From positions 107,667,948 to 107,731,947 of the forward strand of contig NC_068985.1 of the NCBI RefSeq assembly GCF_001194135.2: 64,000 nucleotides of DNA, in the 5' to 3' direction. The position numbers were made by a program, and so were the translations under genes. Origin of the DNA: Octopus bimaculoides (taxonomy: Eukaryota). Positions 61,996-64,000 of this stretch are shown one piece after another. Below the pieces are notes generated by a model, which saw only the letters and a program-made list of their open reading frames with translations, was not told the origin of the DNA and did not search any database. Numbering within the stretch: position 1 is the stretch's first letter; each line of letters opens with the position of its first letter.

Positions 61996-62509
61996 CACCA
62001 CCATCACAACTACCAAGAGACAAGGGAAATAGATATATGTTAGATAAGATTCCATTTCATCAAATAGCCAGCATCACATTTGATGTGATCATTTACCAAC
62101 CTCTCAACCCCTACTATGTCTGCAACAACAACATCAGTAGATGAAATTTCAGGAGCCAGGAGGGAGAAAGACAACAACAACAGCAAAAAGAGAACAATAA
62201 CTACAGCAGTGACAACAAACACCATTTCTGCCACCACCACCATCACTACAACAACAGCAACAACTACAATCCTCTACCCTCACCTCGACCATCACCACAA
62301 TTGCTATCACCAATACACACATTTACCCTCATAACCACAATTAAGACATTGCTATTACTGCCAAAGTGTAGAGCCAAAGGGAACCTCTATATAGTTGCTT
62401 TACTTGCTAAAACTAGCAGCCAATACCCCTCAGATCTTACTCTTGCCTTAAACAAAATTTTAATATTTTTACATTTTGCTCAGTTTACCTGGATTTACCT
62501 GTAATTAGA

Positions 62510-62712
62510 GTCACTTTGAGACAAAAATTATGCAATAGAATTGATTAAGAACCCTTTCTTCAATTATGTTCCAAATATCACATTAATATGTTGATAAATA
62601 AAAAAGTTACAGGTGTTTAATGAGACTAGTCTAAATTCATGATTATTTTAGAATCTAACTGAAACTCATGAGGGGTGTATTTTGGTCAGAAATATAGTAA
62701 CGAAAGGGTTAA
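62510..62712. mobile_element. piggyBac-like MITE fragment (one terminus seen; left boundary approximate)
   Basis: GTAACGAAAGGG|TTAA at 62697-62712 is the same TIR type as 14405-14616. Confidence 0.55.
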
Positions 62713-64000
62713 TGTCTGAAACTGGAAAGGACATATTGGATAATAAAGTCTTATACCATGCCCAAAATATATTAATGTAATTGACTAACCAACCTCTCTA
62801 ATTAAAATTGCTGGCCTTAAGTGAAAATTAGAAAGAATTATTATCATTATTATCATTAAGAGGTGGCAAGCAGGAAAAATTGTTAGCATGCTTGATGAAA
62901 TGCTTAGCAGTATTTTCCCCATTTCTATGATCTGAGTTCAAATTCTGCTGAGGTCGACTTTGGATCATCCACACATGACCTGGACACTTTGCAACAAGAT
63001 ATCAACTACTTCTATGAACAGAGACTTTATAAACAGGCTCTTATAATAACAGGACATCCTCTGGTAAGGACATGACATCCTAGACTCCTTTAGCAACATA
63101 AAGACACAATAACTCAAATATCATGGAAACAGTATCATTTTTCAACATCTCATTGTGAACAATACATGATAACTAAAGCTATCAAAGACACTACAAATAC
63201 ATGGTTTTACATTCTCTGGTGATGTTTCATGACCTTACACACACATGCACACACACACACCTGTTATCCTATGGTCTATATCTGTCTATATCTATACAGA
63301 TATACACAGGCCTGAGCTAGGTCTTTTGCGGAAGACTGACAGTTGCCCATGCATGCAAGTCTCTTGTCTCCATGTCACTGACACTGTCCAAAGAAAGGCT
63401 TGCTGCTTCCATGCTGACATAACCTAACACCAGTGTTTGTTGAAAACATTTAGTGTCAGAATAAAAAGAGCCAGAACAGATAAAGCATACCGTTTGATGT
63501 TATAACAGTTCTACTGATCCATAACCCGAGATTAGTATAGTTTTATTGGCCCTGAAAGGAAGAAAGATTAAGCTGCCCCTATAACTGAGAGAGAACGGGA
63601 GCGAGGATGGTCAGAGAATGAGGACTGTAATGATGGAAAGGATGACAGTCGTAGTTGTGATGGTGGTGATGATGAAGATGGTGGCAGTAATAACAAAGAT
63701 GATGACAATGTTAATGAAGAGGATGATAAAGTTGGAAACAACAAAGATAATGAAGATAGCACTAATAATTATTGTGGAAATGCCTAACAAATACAATCAA
63801 CAGTTAGCGCATGAGTTAAAACATTGCAAAAGGTAAAACTTCTTCATTTATTCCTGTATGTTGCCTCACCCTCATCTCTTCTATTACTATTTCTCTGATT
63901 GTTTTTGCATATCTAGCTTTGTTTATATATACATACGTATATACATCCACACCACCACACACACACACACATATATATATATACACACACATACACACAT

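Noticed and set aside
62480-62505. TACAG|GTAAAT-CCAG|GTAAAC on the minus strand as a second recursive site
   Set aside because: Weak pyrimidine tract, non-consensus donors, and adjacent to or within a MITE remnant.
696-63998. Long ORFs of HT/CV/IY/SL/poly-V/poly-H type and those containing X runs
   Set aside because: They are translations of dinucleotide or trinucleotide microsatellites and N gaps, with no domain signal.

Overview
AT-rich, heavily gapped (about 16 long N runs) animal genomic DNA. The repeat families look like those of a coleoid cephalopod, most likely Octopus; this is recognition of the repeats, not a database result. I cannot support any host protein-coding gene: almost every ORF in the track is a microsatellite, gap or antisense-repeat artefact. 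Supported content: (1) three abundant tRNA-headed SINE families, one with clean target-site duplications in all three copies; (2) fragments of an RTE-clade LINE with a PHD finger inside its RT; (3) two other RTE 3' ends carrying three C2H2 fingers, one fused in frame to an ATG created inside a SINE (178-aa ORF at 16676-17212); (4) small hAT, piggyBac-like, Tc1/mariner-like and Helitron non-autonomous elements; (5) an initiator tRNA-Met gene. The main unexplained structure is a set of minimal type I hammerhead ribozyme motifs in four unrelated sequence contexts. Three sit in or next to long inverted repeats, as in Penelope-like elements (332-693, 5256-5420, 60416-60579). One lies in the tail of a tRNA-headed SINE-like element (60001-60245). 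Other leads are a candidate recursive splice site (15447/15448, minus strand), a telomeric-repeat palindrome with a G-quadruplex motif, and two fold-back hairpins. All ribozyme and splicing activities are predictions from sequence only.
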